Source: an uncultured delta proteobacterium
Lineage (GTDB): Bacteria; Desulfobacterota; WTBG01
NCBI GenBank assembly: GCA_963751515.1
Contig: CAVVUR010000008.1
Location: 140,281 to 204,280, forward strand
Length of the DNA stretch: 64,000 nt
Reading direction: 5' to 3'
Shown here in pieces: positions 27,547-37,463 of the stretch. The notes under the pieces are model-generated. The model saw only the letters and a list, made by a program, of their open reading frames with translations. It was not told the origin of the DNA and did no database searches. Made by a program: the position numbers and the translations under genes. The first letter of the stretch is position 1. Each line of letters opens with the position of its first letter.

Positions 27547-28692
27547 ATGTCTAACGTAGTAGCCCATTCGATAAAATCCTACCTGTTTCGCACGGGAAGC
27601 TGGATCTACGCTCAGATAAGTCACCTCAAGCGATTTCATCCCCTGGTCATTACCGATAAAAAAAGCAATCTCGATATTTTTCCCGTTGCTGAAATATACT
27701 CCCTCACGGACCTTAACCCATTCAATCGCTTTGCGCAGCAGCAGTATGTTAAGATCACCGGATCATCCTATCCTTTTTTCGGCAGGGTTCTTCGGAATAA
27801 GGGGGCTGTCCTCATCCACTCTCACTTTGGAAATCGCGGCTACTTTGATCTCCCCCTCAAGCAAAAGCTTGATATCCCCCTGGTCACCACATTTTACGGC
27901 CATGATGTTTCACTGCTTCCCCAGGAAGAGCGCTGGCAAAGGAGATTGAAGCAGCTTTTTGACGATGGCGACCTTGTGCTGGCAGAGGGACATTACATGA
28001 AAAAGACCCTGATGGAGCTGGGCTGCCCCGAGCATAAAGTGAAGGTGCAGCATCTCGGGATCAACCTGGACAGCATACCTTTTATCCCCCGCAAACCGGA
28101 CGGCGGTCACAGGATCAAGGTTCTGGTTGCGGGCACGTTTCGGGAAAAGAAAGGAATCACCTACGCGCTGGAGGCATTCGCCCGGGTTGCCTCCCGCCAT
28201 AAAAACCTCGAGCTTACACTCGTCGGTGACGCGGGACGCAGTCAGCGGGAAGTAGACTACAAAAAAGAGATTCTTTCACTTATCGGGGCCCGAAACATCG
28301 CCGCCCTGGTCAACTACCTGGGGTTCCTCCCTTATCCCGCATTTATCCGAGAGGCCCAGAACAATCACATTTTCCTCTCCCCCAGCATTCACCCTTCCGA
28401 CGGGGAGACGGAAGGCGGCGCCCCGGTGGCCCTTATAGAAATGTCCGCCTACGGCATGCCCATTGTTTCCACCTTCCACTGCGACATACCGGAGGTGGTG
28501 GTTGACGGGGCAAGCGGATTCCTGGTCCCGGAGAAGGATATCAACGCGCTCGCTGAACGGCTGGAATATCTCATCACCAATCCCGAGCTCTGGGAATCCA
28601 TGGGGCGTGCCGGACGGAGCCACATCGAGAAAAACTTCAACATCGAGCTTCAGGCGGCACGGCTCGAGGAGCACTATGACAGTCTCTTGTAA
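27547..28692 (+). CDS. glycosyltransferase family 4 (GT-B)
   Basis: 'EGGAPVALIEMSAYGMPIVSTFHCDIPEVVVDGASGFLVPEKD' GT4 C-terminal signature. Confidence 0.85.
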   Translation: MSNVVAHSIKSYLFRTGSWIYAQISHLKRFHPLVITDKKSNLDIFPVAEIYSLTDLNPFNRFAQQQYVKITGSSYPFFGRVLRNKGAVLIHSHFGNRGYFDLPLKQKLDIPLVTTFYGHDVSLLPQEERWQRRLKQLFDDGDLVLAEGHYMKKTLMELGCPEHKVKVQHLGINLDSIPFIPRKPDGGHRIKVLVAGTFREKKGITYALEAFARVASRHKNLELTLVGDAGRSQREVDYKKEILSLIGARNIAALVNYLGFLPYPAFIREAQNNHIFLSPSIHPSDGETEGGAPVALIEMSAYGMPIVSTFHCDIPEVVVDGASGFLVPEKDINALAERLEYLITNPELWESMGRAGRSHIEKNFNIELQAARLEEHYDSLL

Positions 28693-28920
28693 TGATACAT
28701 GATGCAGGATGCATGATGCAGGACAAGTCTTTAACATGAAGCGAGGGAAACAGGGCACATCCGAAATCCGAACAGAGAAACCAAGAGCCGGGGTTTTGAA
28801 CATTTGGTATGCTGATTTTGAATTTGTTTCGTGCTTCGGATTTGACACCCGAAACGACTGCACCTCAAAACCAATTATTACCAGTATGAACCATCTTTTG
28901 ATGCACCTGAAAGGCTCCCG

Positions 28921-29775
28921 ATGAGCATGGTCAGCGTTGTCATTCCCACATTCAATCGAAGAAATCATGTCACCGTTGCCATAGATTCAGTGCTGGCACA
29001 AACCTACAAGGACCATGAAATTATTGTGGTTGACGACGGTTCAACCGACGACACCAAGGATGTGCTTATACCCTATCAGAATAAGATCAGATATTTTTAT
29101 CAGGCAAACCGCGGCATTCCGGCAACACGGAATAAAGGAATCAAGGAGGCACTGGGAACATATGTCGCCTTCCTTGACTCGGATGATTACTGGCGCCCCG
29201 GCAAGCTCGAGCGACAGATCGACTGCTTCAGGAAAAATCCCTCCTATGGCATGGTTGCAACCCGCTGCTCATCGTTCACCCCTGATGGGGCATTCCGTAA
29301 ACAGAACCGGCCCGGCAAATCCGGCTGGATTCTCAATGACCTTTTCAAGGAAAACTTCATCCGCACCTCCTCGGCGATGATCAAAAGAGAGTGCTTTCAA
29401 AAAGTCGGACTTTTTGACGAATCACTGTTCCAGGTCCAGGAATATGATTTGTGGCTCAGGCTGGCGCTGCACTATCCCATTGGTTTCATCAATGATCCGT
29501 TAACCGTTTACCTTGACAACCCGCAGGGAATCAGCACCGATGGTCTGATCGGACGGTGCTATCGGTTGAGAGTGCTGGAGAAGCCATACCTGCAGGATGC
29601 CATTCCGCCGCCACTCTACCGTGAACGGATGGCAAGCAGCTACCATTACATCGGCCGGCACCTGCTGAAGCGCGGCGAAACAGTTGAAGGGCGCAAATAT
29701 CTTACGCACGCGCTTTCGCTCAAACCCGTCAATCTGAAAAATCTCTTTTATTACATCGTAAGCATTTTGAGATAA
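28921..29775 (+). CDS. glycosyltransferase family 2
   Basis: 'VSVVIPTFNRRNHVTVAIDSVLAQTYKDHEIIVVDDGSTDDT' GT2 N-terminal DXD-region. Confidence 0.85.
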   Translation: MSMVSVVIPTFNRRNHVTVAIDSVLAQTYKDHEIIVVDDGSTDDTKDVLIPYQNKIRYFYQANRGIPATRNKGIKEALGTYVAFLDSDDYWRPGKLERQIDCFRKNPSYGMVATRCSSFTPDGAFRKQNRPGKSGWILNDLFKENFIRTSSAMIKRECFQKVGLFDESLFQVQEYDLWLRLALHYPIGFINDPLTVYLDNPQGISTDGLIGRCYRLRVLEKPYLQDAIPPPLYRERMASSYHYIGRHLLKRGETVEGRKYLTHALSLKPVNLKNLFYYIVSILR

Positions 29776-29913
29776 TCACCATCCTTCCCGCCGCAATCAT
29801 TCGCGATACAATCCGGCCGCTTTTCGACGGTTCGACAGCACAGCTGAAAATAATGCGCGGGAAATGTGACAGGAGAAGCATCCCTTACCGTTTTTTGACC
29901 GGATGATAATGGT

Positions 29914-31452
29914 ATGCCCGTTAAACGTTACACGACATGTAATCTCGGCGATATTCGGTGGATGGTGAGCGACGACATGCCCGCACCACTGAGGGAAACA
30001 CTGCTGCCCCTTGTTTCCTCCCCCGGTTTTGTTGCGGACGGCACCCTTCTCAAGCAGGGAACCTATAAATCCATCTGGCGGTACCGCCTGTCGGCACATC
30101 AGGATGAGCAGGGCTACCTGATCAAACGCTACCAAAACAGACGCCTCCTTGATCGTCTTATCTCACTCTTCCGGCCGTCGAAGGCACGCCGGGAATGGGA
30201 AGCCGCATGCGGGGTAAGTCAAAGAGGTGTTCCCACACCAGTGCCCCTCGCCATCGGGGTGCGGAAGCGGCGGGGCATGGTGATGGAAAGCTTTGTCATA
30301 TTGGAAGAGATGAAAGACTGCCAGGACCTCAACCGGTTTTTTCTGGTCGCGTGTGCCCCGGGCGCACCGGCGTTGAAGGTTTCCGAAAAATGGAACATCA
30401 TCAAAGCGCTGGGGGCACTGGCGCGCAAGGCGAATGAGGCCGGTGTGCATCAATCCGACTTTGCGCTGAATAACTTTCTCCTCGAACGGGACGCCCGGGG
30501 CGAAGCAAGGCTCTACCTCAGCGATTTTGAGAAAATCACCCTCAGGCGCTCCCTCACCTTTGATCAGGAGATAACCTGCCTGGCCAAGTTAAATCGCGTG
30601 GGCCGGGAGGTGAGTCTTGCCGACCGGATGCGTTTTCTCAAATCCTACGCGGGAGCGGAACCGCGCAGCCCGCAGTTGCGAGCCCTCTCGCAGGCCGTAC
30701 AGGAGCAAACCCGTACCATCCTGCTGCAGGATCATGCGCGGGGGCGAAAAACAAGCGTGTACACCGATGCCCTCTATGACAGGATCAGCCGGGGCACTCT
30801 TACCGGATTCATCCGCAAGGGGTACGATATCGATGACATCCTTGCCGTGGTCGGCCGGTTCGATCTGCTGGCCGGAAATCTTCCCCTCCGTGAGATAAAA
30901 GAGAGGGAAGAGATAGCGGTGGATCTCCGCTGCGATGACGGCAGCCACCGCCTCAACGCGGTACGATACACCGTCCACGGCGGAAGCCTTTCCGCGGGCC
31001 GCATCTGGAGCAGCATCTGCACCCTCGCCCTTGCCGGTTTTCCGATCAGCCTCCCCCCTGTTTTCCTGGAAAACCGGGCGCAGCATGACGAGGGGGGACA
31101 CCTCTTCTACCGGCAACGGGACGGTGAAATGCCGCTCGGCGGTTTCTGCCTGCCCTCCCGGGGAACAAAGGAAATCGGGGAAGCTCTGGAGCTGCTGGTG
31201 AACCTGCTGAGAAAACTCCACCGCTTCGGCGCCTTCGCTGACACGCTGACCGAATCCACCTTTACCGTGGTGGAAAAAAAAGAGGGCAAGCCGTCCCTCT
31301 ACCTCAGCAACCCGGAGTCGTTTATGCTTAAGAGCGAAGTAACGCTCAATGAGAAGAAAAGGAATCTTATCCTGCTGAACGCGCTGGTTAAAAAGCACTA
31401 CCCCACCCTGGAGTACGATCTCGTCCAGCGATATTTCAGGGGACCGTCCTGA
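29914..31452 (+). CDS. Kdo/WaaP (lipopolysaccharide kinase)-family kinase-like protein
   Basis: 'VHQSDFALNNFLLERDARGEARLYLSDFEKI' catalytic-loop-like HxD...N...D arrangement; in LPS cluster. Confidence 0.55.
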   Translation: MPVKRYTTCNLGDIRWMVSDDMPAPLRETLLPLVSSPGFVADGTLLKQGTYKSIWRYRLSAHQDEQGYLIKRYQNRRLLDRLISLFRPSKARREWEAACGVSQRGVPTPVPLAIGVRKRRGMVMESFVILEEMKDCQDLNRFFLVACAPGAPALKVSEKWNIIKALGALARKANEAGVHQSDFALNNFLLERDARGEARLYLSDFEKITLRRSLTFDQEITCLAKLNRVGREVSLADRMRFLKSYAGAEPRSPQLRALSQAVQEQTRTILLQDHARGRKTSVYTDALYDRISRGTLTGFIRKGYDIDDILAVVGRFDLLAGNLPLREIKEREEIAVDLRCDDGSHRLNAVRYTVHGGSLSAGRIWSSICTLALAGFPISLPPVFLENRAQHDEGGHLFYRQRDGEMPLGGFCLPSRGTKEIGEALELLVNLLRKLHRFGAFADTLTESTFTVVEKKEGKPSLYLSNPESFMLKSEVTLNEKKRNLILLNALVKKHYPTLEYDLVQRYFRGPS

Positions 31453-32534
31453 TGGGAGAACAGGGCATGAAATGTTCCTCTTTCCGCCCGGAGGTGATAC
31501 CGGTTAAAAAAATCATCTCCATGCTGATAAGCATTCCGTTGAGCTTTCTTTGCTGTCTCTCCGTTTTTGCGGAAGCGAATGAGCTGGTTGTCCGTTCCCG
31601 GCCCATGCTCCATACCCTGGTGGAAATAAAGGCATGGGGCGCGGGAGCCGAACAGGCCATTGAGGAGGCCTTTGCCGAGATGGAGCGCGTCAACAGCCTT
31701 CTCAACAATTACGATCCGCAGAGCGAAGTCTCCTCCATCAATCGGCAGGCGGGAGATGGTCCGGTCAGAATCGGCAAGGAGACCATGGAGGCACTTACCC
31801 TTGCCGTGAAGTATGGGGATCTAACCGGCGGGGCGCTTGATATTACCATCGGGCCGCTGCTCCGCCTGTGGGGATTCGGGAAAGATGATGTGGGGCTTGA
31901 AGGGGATGAGCCGGATCCCGCCTCGCTGGCGCAGGCACAGGCGCTGGTTGATTACCATGCCCTGGAACTTTCCCGGCGAAGGTCATGGAAGGGAACGGCC
32001 AGGCGCTCGGCCCGCCTTGCAAAGCAGGGGATGTGGATTGATGTCGGCTCTTTTTCAAAAGGATACGTGGCTGACAGGGCGGTTGCGCTGCTGAAAAAGC
32101 GCCGCCTTAAAAATGCCCTGGTCATTGCCGGCGGAACGGTATGCGCGCTGGGGGCAAAACCTGACGGCACGCCCTGGCAGGTGGGCGTGCAGCATCCCCG
32201 TGACCCGGGCAGGCTGTTAACCGCCATAGCCCTTAAAGACTGCTCCATTTCCACCTCCGGCGATTACGAAAACTTTTATCTTAAGGATGGCAAGCGCCGG
32301 GCGCACATCATCGATCCCCGCACCGGACTGCCCGTCTCCCACCTTCAATCGGTGAGCGTTATCGCGCCCGACGGGGTTACCAGTGATCTGCTGGACACAC
32401 CCTTGTTCGTGCTCGGACCGGAAAAAGGGATGGAAGTGGCGCGCGGCATCAAAGGAGTTGAGATTCTTATGGTTGCAGAAAGCGGAAAGATAGTGTATAC
32501 AGAAGGGTGGCCGGAAAAGCATATAGCCTATTAA
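31452..32534 (+). CDS. apbE: FAD:protein FMN transferase (ApbE family) lipoprotein
   Basis: ApbE signature 'GSFSKGYVADRAV', 'DPRTGLPV'; signal/lipoprotein N-terminus. Confidence 0.8.
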   Translation: MGEQGMKCSSFRPEVIPVKKIISMLISIPLSFLCCLSVFAEANELVVRSRPMLHTLVEIKAWGAGAEQAIEEAFAEMERVNSLLNNYDPQSEVSSINRQAGDGPVRIGKETMEALTLAVKYGDLTGGALDITIGPLLRLWGFGKDDVGLEGDEPDPASLAQAQALVDYHALELSRRRSWKGTARRSARLAKQGMWIDVGSFSKGYVADRAVALLKKRRLKNALVIAGGTVCALGAKPDGTPWQVGVQHPRDPGRLLTAIALKDCSISTSGDYENFYLKDGKRRAHIIDPRTGLPVSHLQSVSVIAPDGVTSDLLDTPLFVLGPEKGMEVARGIKGVEILMVAESGKIVYTEGWPEKHIAY

Positions 32535-32749
32535 ACCGCATGCCTTTCCGGTGCGCCACATCCTTTTCGATGGCCGTCTTAGGTCAATCATGCAAGTTGA
32601 GGTGCGCCCGGATGGAATGGAGGAGGTTGTTTTTCCGACAAAAACACAGAAAATATTTGACAATCGCAAATAGTGGGATACACATAAACACTTTTTGTCA
32701 ATAACAATAATTGTATAAGGATTTCAAACCAATCAGGGAAGTGTTGATA

Positions 32750-33583
32750 ATGCAAACAGAACGGATTTCAAAGCTCTACTGCTGGTTGTTAGCCGCGGCC
32801 TTTTTCGCCGGGCTGATATGGATTTCACCGGCTCTTGCCGCTTCAGGAATTAATATGGGATGGCTGGGCACAATCGACTTCAGCTGGGATTTTTGCCTGG
32901 GATTTTTAAGCATCGTGCTCATCGACCTGGTCCTGGCGGGTGACAATGCAGTGGTCATCGCCTTGGCGGTTAAAACCCTCCACGGAAAGCAGAGGAGAAT
33001 CGGGATCATTTTAGGAGCCGGGGGGGCGGTGGCTTTGCGGGTGTGCCTTACCTTCTTCGTTTCCCACCTCCTGGAGATCAGCTTCATTAAATTATTCGGG
33101 GGGATGTTAATCCTCTGGATTGCCGTAAAGCTCTTCATCGAAGGCGCCCCCGAGGACAAATTTAAACAAGAGGCGACGACTTTCTGGCAGGCCATCCGAA
33201 TTATCGTGATCGCCGACCTCATCATGAGCACCGACAATATTCTGGCCGTGGCCGGGGCGTGCAAAGGAAATTTCTTCCTCCTCCTCTTCGGGCTCGCCCT
33301 GAGCATCCCCTTCGTGGTCTTCACCAGCTCCCTCCTATCCATGCTCATGGATAAATACCCGATCATCGTCTGGATCGGGGCCGCGGTCCTGGGACGGGTC
33401 GGCGGGGAGATGATTATCACCGATCCATGGGTAGTAGAAAAAATCGCTCCCGGCCATGTCCTCAAATATGCCTGCGAAATCATAGGAGCTGCGGGAGTTC
33501 TCGTCGTGGCGAAATTATACATGCGATGGAAGATTGCCCGCCAGGGCGGGGCTCCGGCCGAAGAGGCTGAACCTGCCAATTGA
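32750..33583 (+). CDS. TerC-family integral membrane protein
   Basis: 'LAGDNAVVIALAV' and second 'STDNILAVAGA' DN-motif helices typical of TerC/YkoY. Confidence 0.8.
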   Translation: MQTERISKLYCWLLAAAFFAGLIWISPALAASGINMGWLGTIDFSWDFCLGFLSIVLIDLVLAGDNAVVIALAVKTLHGKQRRIGIILGAGGAVALRVCLTFFVSHLLEISFIKLFGGMLILWIAVKLFIEGAPEDKFKQEATTFWQAIRIIVIADLIMSTDNILAVAGACKGNFFLLLFGLALSIPFVVFTSSLLSMLMDKYPIIVWIGAAVLGRVGGEMIITDPWVVEKIAPGHVLKYACEIIGAAGVLVVAKLYMRWKIARQGGAPAEEAEPAN

Positions 33584-33628
33584 CTTTCAAACCTCCATCC
33601 ACATCCCATTCCTGATTGATTTCCCAGT

Positions 33629-33664
33629 GGCCGCTTTTCCCAAAAGGGCGGCCTCCTTTTTTTT
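33629..33664 (+). terminator. rho-independent terminator after TerC gene
   Basis: GGCCGCTTTTCCCAAAAGGGCGGCC stem-loop followed by TCCTTTTTTTT. Confidence 0.6.
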
Positions 33665-33955
33665 AACGCTCCTCAACGTTTTTGCAGTAAGTCTGCCTCT
33701 CTTGTCAGGCTCCAATGATCAACAGTAGACGCGGAAATCACCAAGGTAGATATGTGCAGCCGGGCGGCACGGGCAGCCGCCACCGCTGTTTGAGAGGGTG
33801 TTTATTTCCGGTTGACAAACCGGGCAATACTTTTCTATACTTTATACATGCGCTGCCCGCATACCATCCGATTGCAAAAAAGGCCCTTGATCTTTACGGT
33901 TAGTACCGGTTGACATTTGAAACCCGCAACCTAACGCCAGGGAAAGGAGGGGCTT

Positions 33956-34138
33956 ATGAATCTGGAGCTCTCAAAAGAAGATATATCACTGCTCAAGGCG
34001 CTGTTGGACAAGGAACATGGTGTCATCGGGGTGCAGATACATCACTGCCGGACGCACGATTTCAAGGATCTTTTAAAACAGTCGGCAAAGCAGATTGAGT
34101 CAATACTGGAGCGGATAAACGCAGCGCTGGGTACATGA
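33956..34138 (+). CDS. small hypothetical protein (60 aa)
   Basis: Strong GGAGG RBS 7 nt upstream; TTGACA-18-TATACT promoter at ~33812; followed by terminator. Confidence 0.35.
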   Translation: MNLELSKEDISLLKALLDKEHGVIGVQIHHCRTHDFKDLLKQSAKQIESILERINAALGT

Positions 34139-34189
34139 CTAAGGCCCGGCAGTAATACACGTCGGATCACACTGACTGCATAACCTAAA

Positions 34190-34219
34190 GCCCCCTCATA
34201 CGGTCTCGTATGAGGGGGC
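34190..34219. terminator. bidirectional terminator hairpin (11-bp perfect stem)
   Basis: GCCCCCTCATA-cggtctcg-TATGAGGGGGC flanked by T-rich runs on both strands. Confidence 0.65.
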
Positions 34220-34264
34220 TTGTATCATTTCATACCCTCTATCACCCAGGATTCCGATGGATCC

Positions 34265-36744
34265 TTACCTCACTTCGGCTTCCTTGGGAGGTATCCGCAT
34301 GGCGTAGAAGGAACGCCACACGAAGACAAGGCCGATGATAAAGAGCGGAACCGCAAAATAAGGGGCATAGTTGGTGGATTGTGTTTCACTGGCGCGCACC
34401 GACATCTCGATGGCAATTTCGGTTGCCAGCAGCCCGAACAGCGTCGAGAACTTGATGATGGGGTTCAGGGACACCGATGAAGTATCCTTGAAGGGGTCGC
34501 CCACGGTGTCGCCGATGACGGTCGCGGCATGAAGGGCGGTACCCTTCTCCCTGAGATCCACCTCAACAAGCTTCTTGGCATTGTCCCAGGCACCGCCGGC
34601 ATTGGCCATGTAAATAGCCTGGAACAGGCCAAAGACGGCAATGGAAATCAGGTAGGCAACGAAGAAGTTGGGATCAAGCAGCGCAAAGGCAAGCGTAATG
34701 GATCATAAGCGCGATGAAGATGTTCCACATGCCGGTCTGGGCATACTGGGTGCAGATTTTGACCACCGTCTTTGAATCCTCGATGTCGGCCTCTTTCTTG
34801 TCCAGATTCATGTTCTTTTTGATAAACTCGACCGCCCGGTAGGCGCCGGTGGTAACCGCCTGCATGGAGGCGCCGCAGAACCAGTAAACCACCGCCCCGC
34901 CGCAGATCAGGCCGAGAATGATCGGGGCATCGGTAAGCTGCACCTGCAGCATGTTTTTGCTCTGGAGCAGCAGGATGATGGAGAAGATCATGGTGGTGGC
35001 CCCGCAGACAGCGGTCCCGATGAGCACCGGCTTGGCCGTGGCCTTGAAGGTATTCCCTGCCGAGTCATTGGCCTCAAGGTAGTGCTTGCCTTCCTCGAAG
35101 TCGGGATCAAATCCGAAATCCCTTTTGATCTCTTCTTTGATGCCGGGAATGGTTTCGGTCTGTGCAAGTTCGAAAATGGACTGGGCGTTGTCGGTGACCG
35201 GGCCGTAGCTGTCCACCGCGATGTTGACCGGACCCATGCAGAGAAACCCGTAGGCAACCAGCCCGAAGGCGAAGATTGACGGATAGTTGATCACCTCCAC
35301 AGGTATATAAAGGCTGGTAAAGTAACCGATAGCCATCAGGCCGGTGATCAGCATGCCCTTGTAAAAAGCGCTGAAGTTACCGGCCACGATGCCGGACAGG
35401 ATGGTGAGCGAGGCGCCGCCCTCGCGGGATGCGGTCACAATCTCCTGCACGTGCTTGGACTTGGAGCTGGTGAAGATCTTGGTAAACTCGGGGATGAGCA
35501 CCGCCGCCAGCGTGCCGCAGCTGATGATCATGGCCAGCTGCCACCACACGTGAGGCATGGCGGTGAGCACGCCGTCTTTTATAACCTCAAGATCGCTGAT
35601 CAGCAGGTAGCTCATGATGAAGGAAGTGCTGATGCACAGGGTGGCGGCGATCCAGATGAGGCGCGTCAGGGGCTCCTCGAAATCGATTTCCTTCTTGCCG
35701 CGTATATTTGGCACTGAGATGGCCTGATTGACAAAATAGGAAATCCCCGAGCAAAAGTCCATCAGGAACCGCATGGCAAAAATCCACACGATGAGCTTGC
35801 CCTGAATGGCCTCTTTTACGGCGCTGTCGGGACTCATCACCGCCAGGGTGATAAACGAAATCAGCGCAACGCCGGTAACCCCGTAGGTTTCAAAGCCGTC
35901 CGCGGTGGGTCCCACGCTGTCGCCCGCGTTGTCGCCGGTGCAGTCGGCGATAACGCCCGGGATTGCGCGGATCGTCTTCCTTGACCTTGAAGACGATCTT
36001 CATCAGGTCGGAGCCGATGTCCGCAATCTTGGTGAATATGCCTCCGGCGATACGCAGCGCCGACGCACCCAGCGACTCACCGATGGCGAACCCGAGGAAG
36101 CAGTAACCGACGATATCCCGCGGCACAAAAAGCAAAATGATGACCATCATGACCAGTTCAAGAGAAATGAGGAACAGCCCGACACTCATCCCGGCGCGGA
36201 GGGGAATGTTCACCACGTCCCAGGGCTGTCCCGCCAGGGAGGCGAAGGCGGTGCGGGCATTGGCATAGGTATTGACCCGGATGCCGTACCATGCAACTAT
36301 GTAGGATCCTCCCATGCCGACGATTGAGAAGAGCAGCACCAGCAGCAGGGTGGGCACGCCTTCTCCCTTCAGGGCAAGAAAGTAAAAGGCCATGGCTGCG
36401 GCAATGAACAGGAAGAGCATGATGAGAAATTTACCCTGCTGCACCAGATAGGTACGGCAGGTCTGGAAGATGATTTCCGCCACCTTGAGCATGGAATCAT
36501 GTGCCCGTAATTTTCTTATCTGGGTGCGCAGATACAGGCTGATGCCCAGCGTGCCGGCGATGATCATCGCGCCGTAGAACAGCAGATCCCACGGCTTGAT
36601 GCCGCCCAGCAGGGTATAGGGGGCGCCCTTGTGCAGGTCAGGTATGGCAAGATCCGCCTCGCTCGCCCACGCGACCAGCGGGCCGAGCAGATAGGCGGCC
36701 GCCATAAGCACCGTTTGCAACCACTTGACACTTTTTTGTTTCAT
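34265..36744 (-). pseudogene. hppA: membrane-bound H+-translocating pyrophosphatase, split into three frames by two 1-bp indels
   Basis: 'MANAGGAWDNAKK' signature; 'CTGDNAGDSVGP' recoverable by removing one G in CCCGGGCG (~35945); second shift near 34655 ('IFIALM|ITLAFALLDPNFFVAY'). Confidence 0.85.
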
Positions 36745-37127
36745 AACACCTTCTCCTCATTTAAAAATATGTTGTTAGGTTGGTAATAATATATAAGCCG
36801 CGCATTCCCGGCGGTCTTAATATAATGAGCAGCTCGAAGTGCCGCTGTTCATCCACCGTATAGACAATCTCGTAAAGGATAGTTACTGAGCAGGCTTTAT
36901 GGTGTGGATGTTCTGCTGCGCCCTCTTTTGGAAAGCAGTTTCGGTACAACCGGTGTGATGCTGCTGGCTAGTCCCGGGGAAATTGAGTACATGATATACG
37001 GTAAAGAAGAATCCGAGTCAAGAAAAAAACATGCAAAAGAACACAATCAAACGGGCTGCATATGTATGGAGCAGCCGCATAGTATAATTTATAATCCAGG
37101 CTATACGTTGCTCCCGCTGTTAACCCG

Positions 37128-37463
37128 CTAGTGTAGTGCGTCATTGATTCCTTTATTTATATGTGGCTCAAGGGGGAGAGGCTTTTTAGCCACAACAAAA
37201 TTATTCTGAACCGGTAGAACGGCAGCATCTCTTTAACTTTGTCCGACAGACCCGCATGGCAACAGCCTGTATCGAAGCCTCTGCAAAGCTGCCTGTCTGC
37301 GGTTTAAGTCACAAGGCACCGGGTCGTGCCGTAAGCCTAAAGACACATTGTTGTGGCGTCAAAAGCCCCTCCCCCTTGAGCCACTGAACCTCTTCTACAG
37401 CATGGCATTCGCAACGCACAGGAGCCTTTCATACGTAAAGAAGTGTTGGACGCACTACACTAG
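37128..37463. mobile_element. MITE-like element with nested inverted repeats (full copy)
   Basis: Outer IR CTAGTGTAGTGCGTC (37128-37142) / GACGCACTACACTAG (37449-37463); inner IR GTGGCTCAAGGGGGAGAGGCTTTTTAGCCACAACAA (37163-37198) / TTGTTGTGGCGTCAAAAGCCCCTCCCCCTTGAGCCAC (37348-37384); no ORF. Confidence 0.6.

Noticed and set aside
28276-28968. Long antisense ORFs opposite recognisable genes: 28276-28968 opposite GT4; 30589-31398 opposite the LPS kinase; 42405-43184 opposite ArnB; 10332-11093 opposite iorA; 20266-20901; 51844-52575 opposite ileS; 54411-55169 opposite lspA; 58493-59584 opposite ptsI; 60987-61886 opposite dnaG; 63293-63889 opposite rpoD
   Set aside because: In a ~60% GC genome stop-free antisense frames are expected. 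The sense strands carry clear family signatures. The antisense products are low-complexity and Arg/Pro/Gly-rich.
32535-32749. Expected yybP-ykoY (Mn2+) riboswitch upstream of the TerC-family gene
   Set aside because: I looked for the conserved GGGGAGUAG / UUGUC-type core and did not find it by eye. It cannot be excluded without a covariance-model search.
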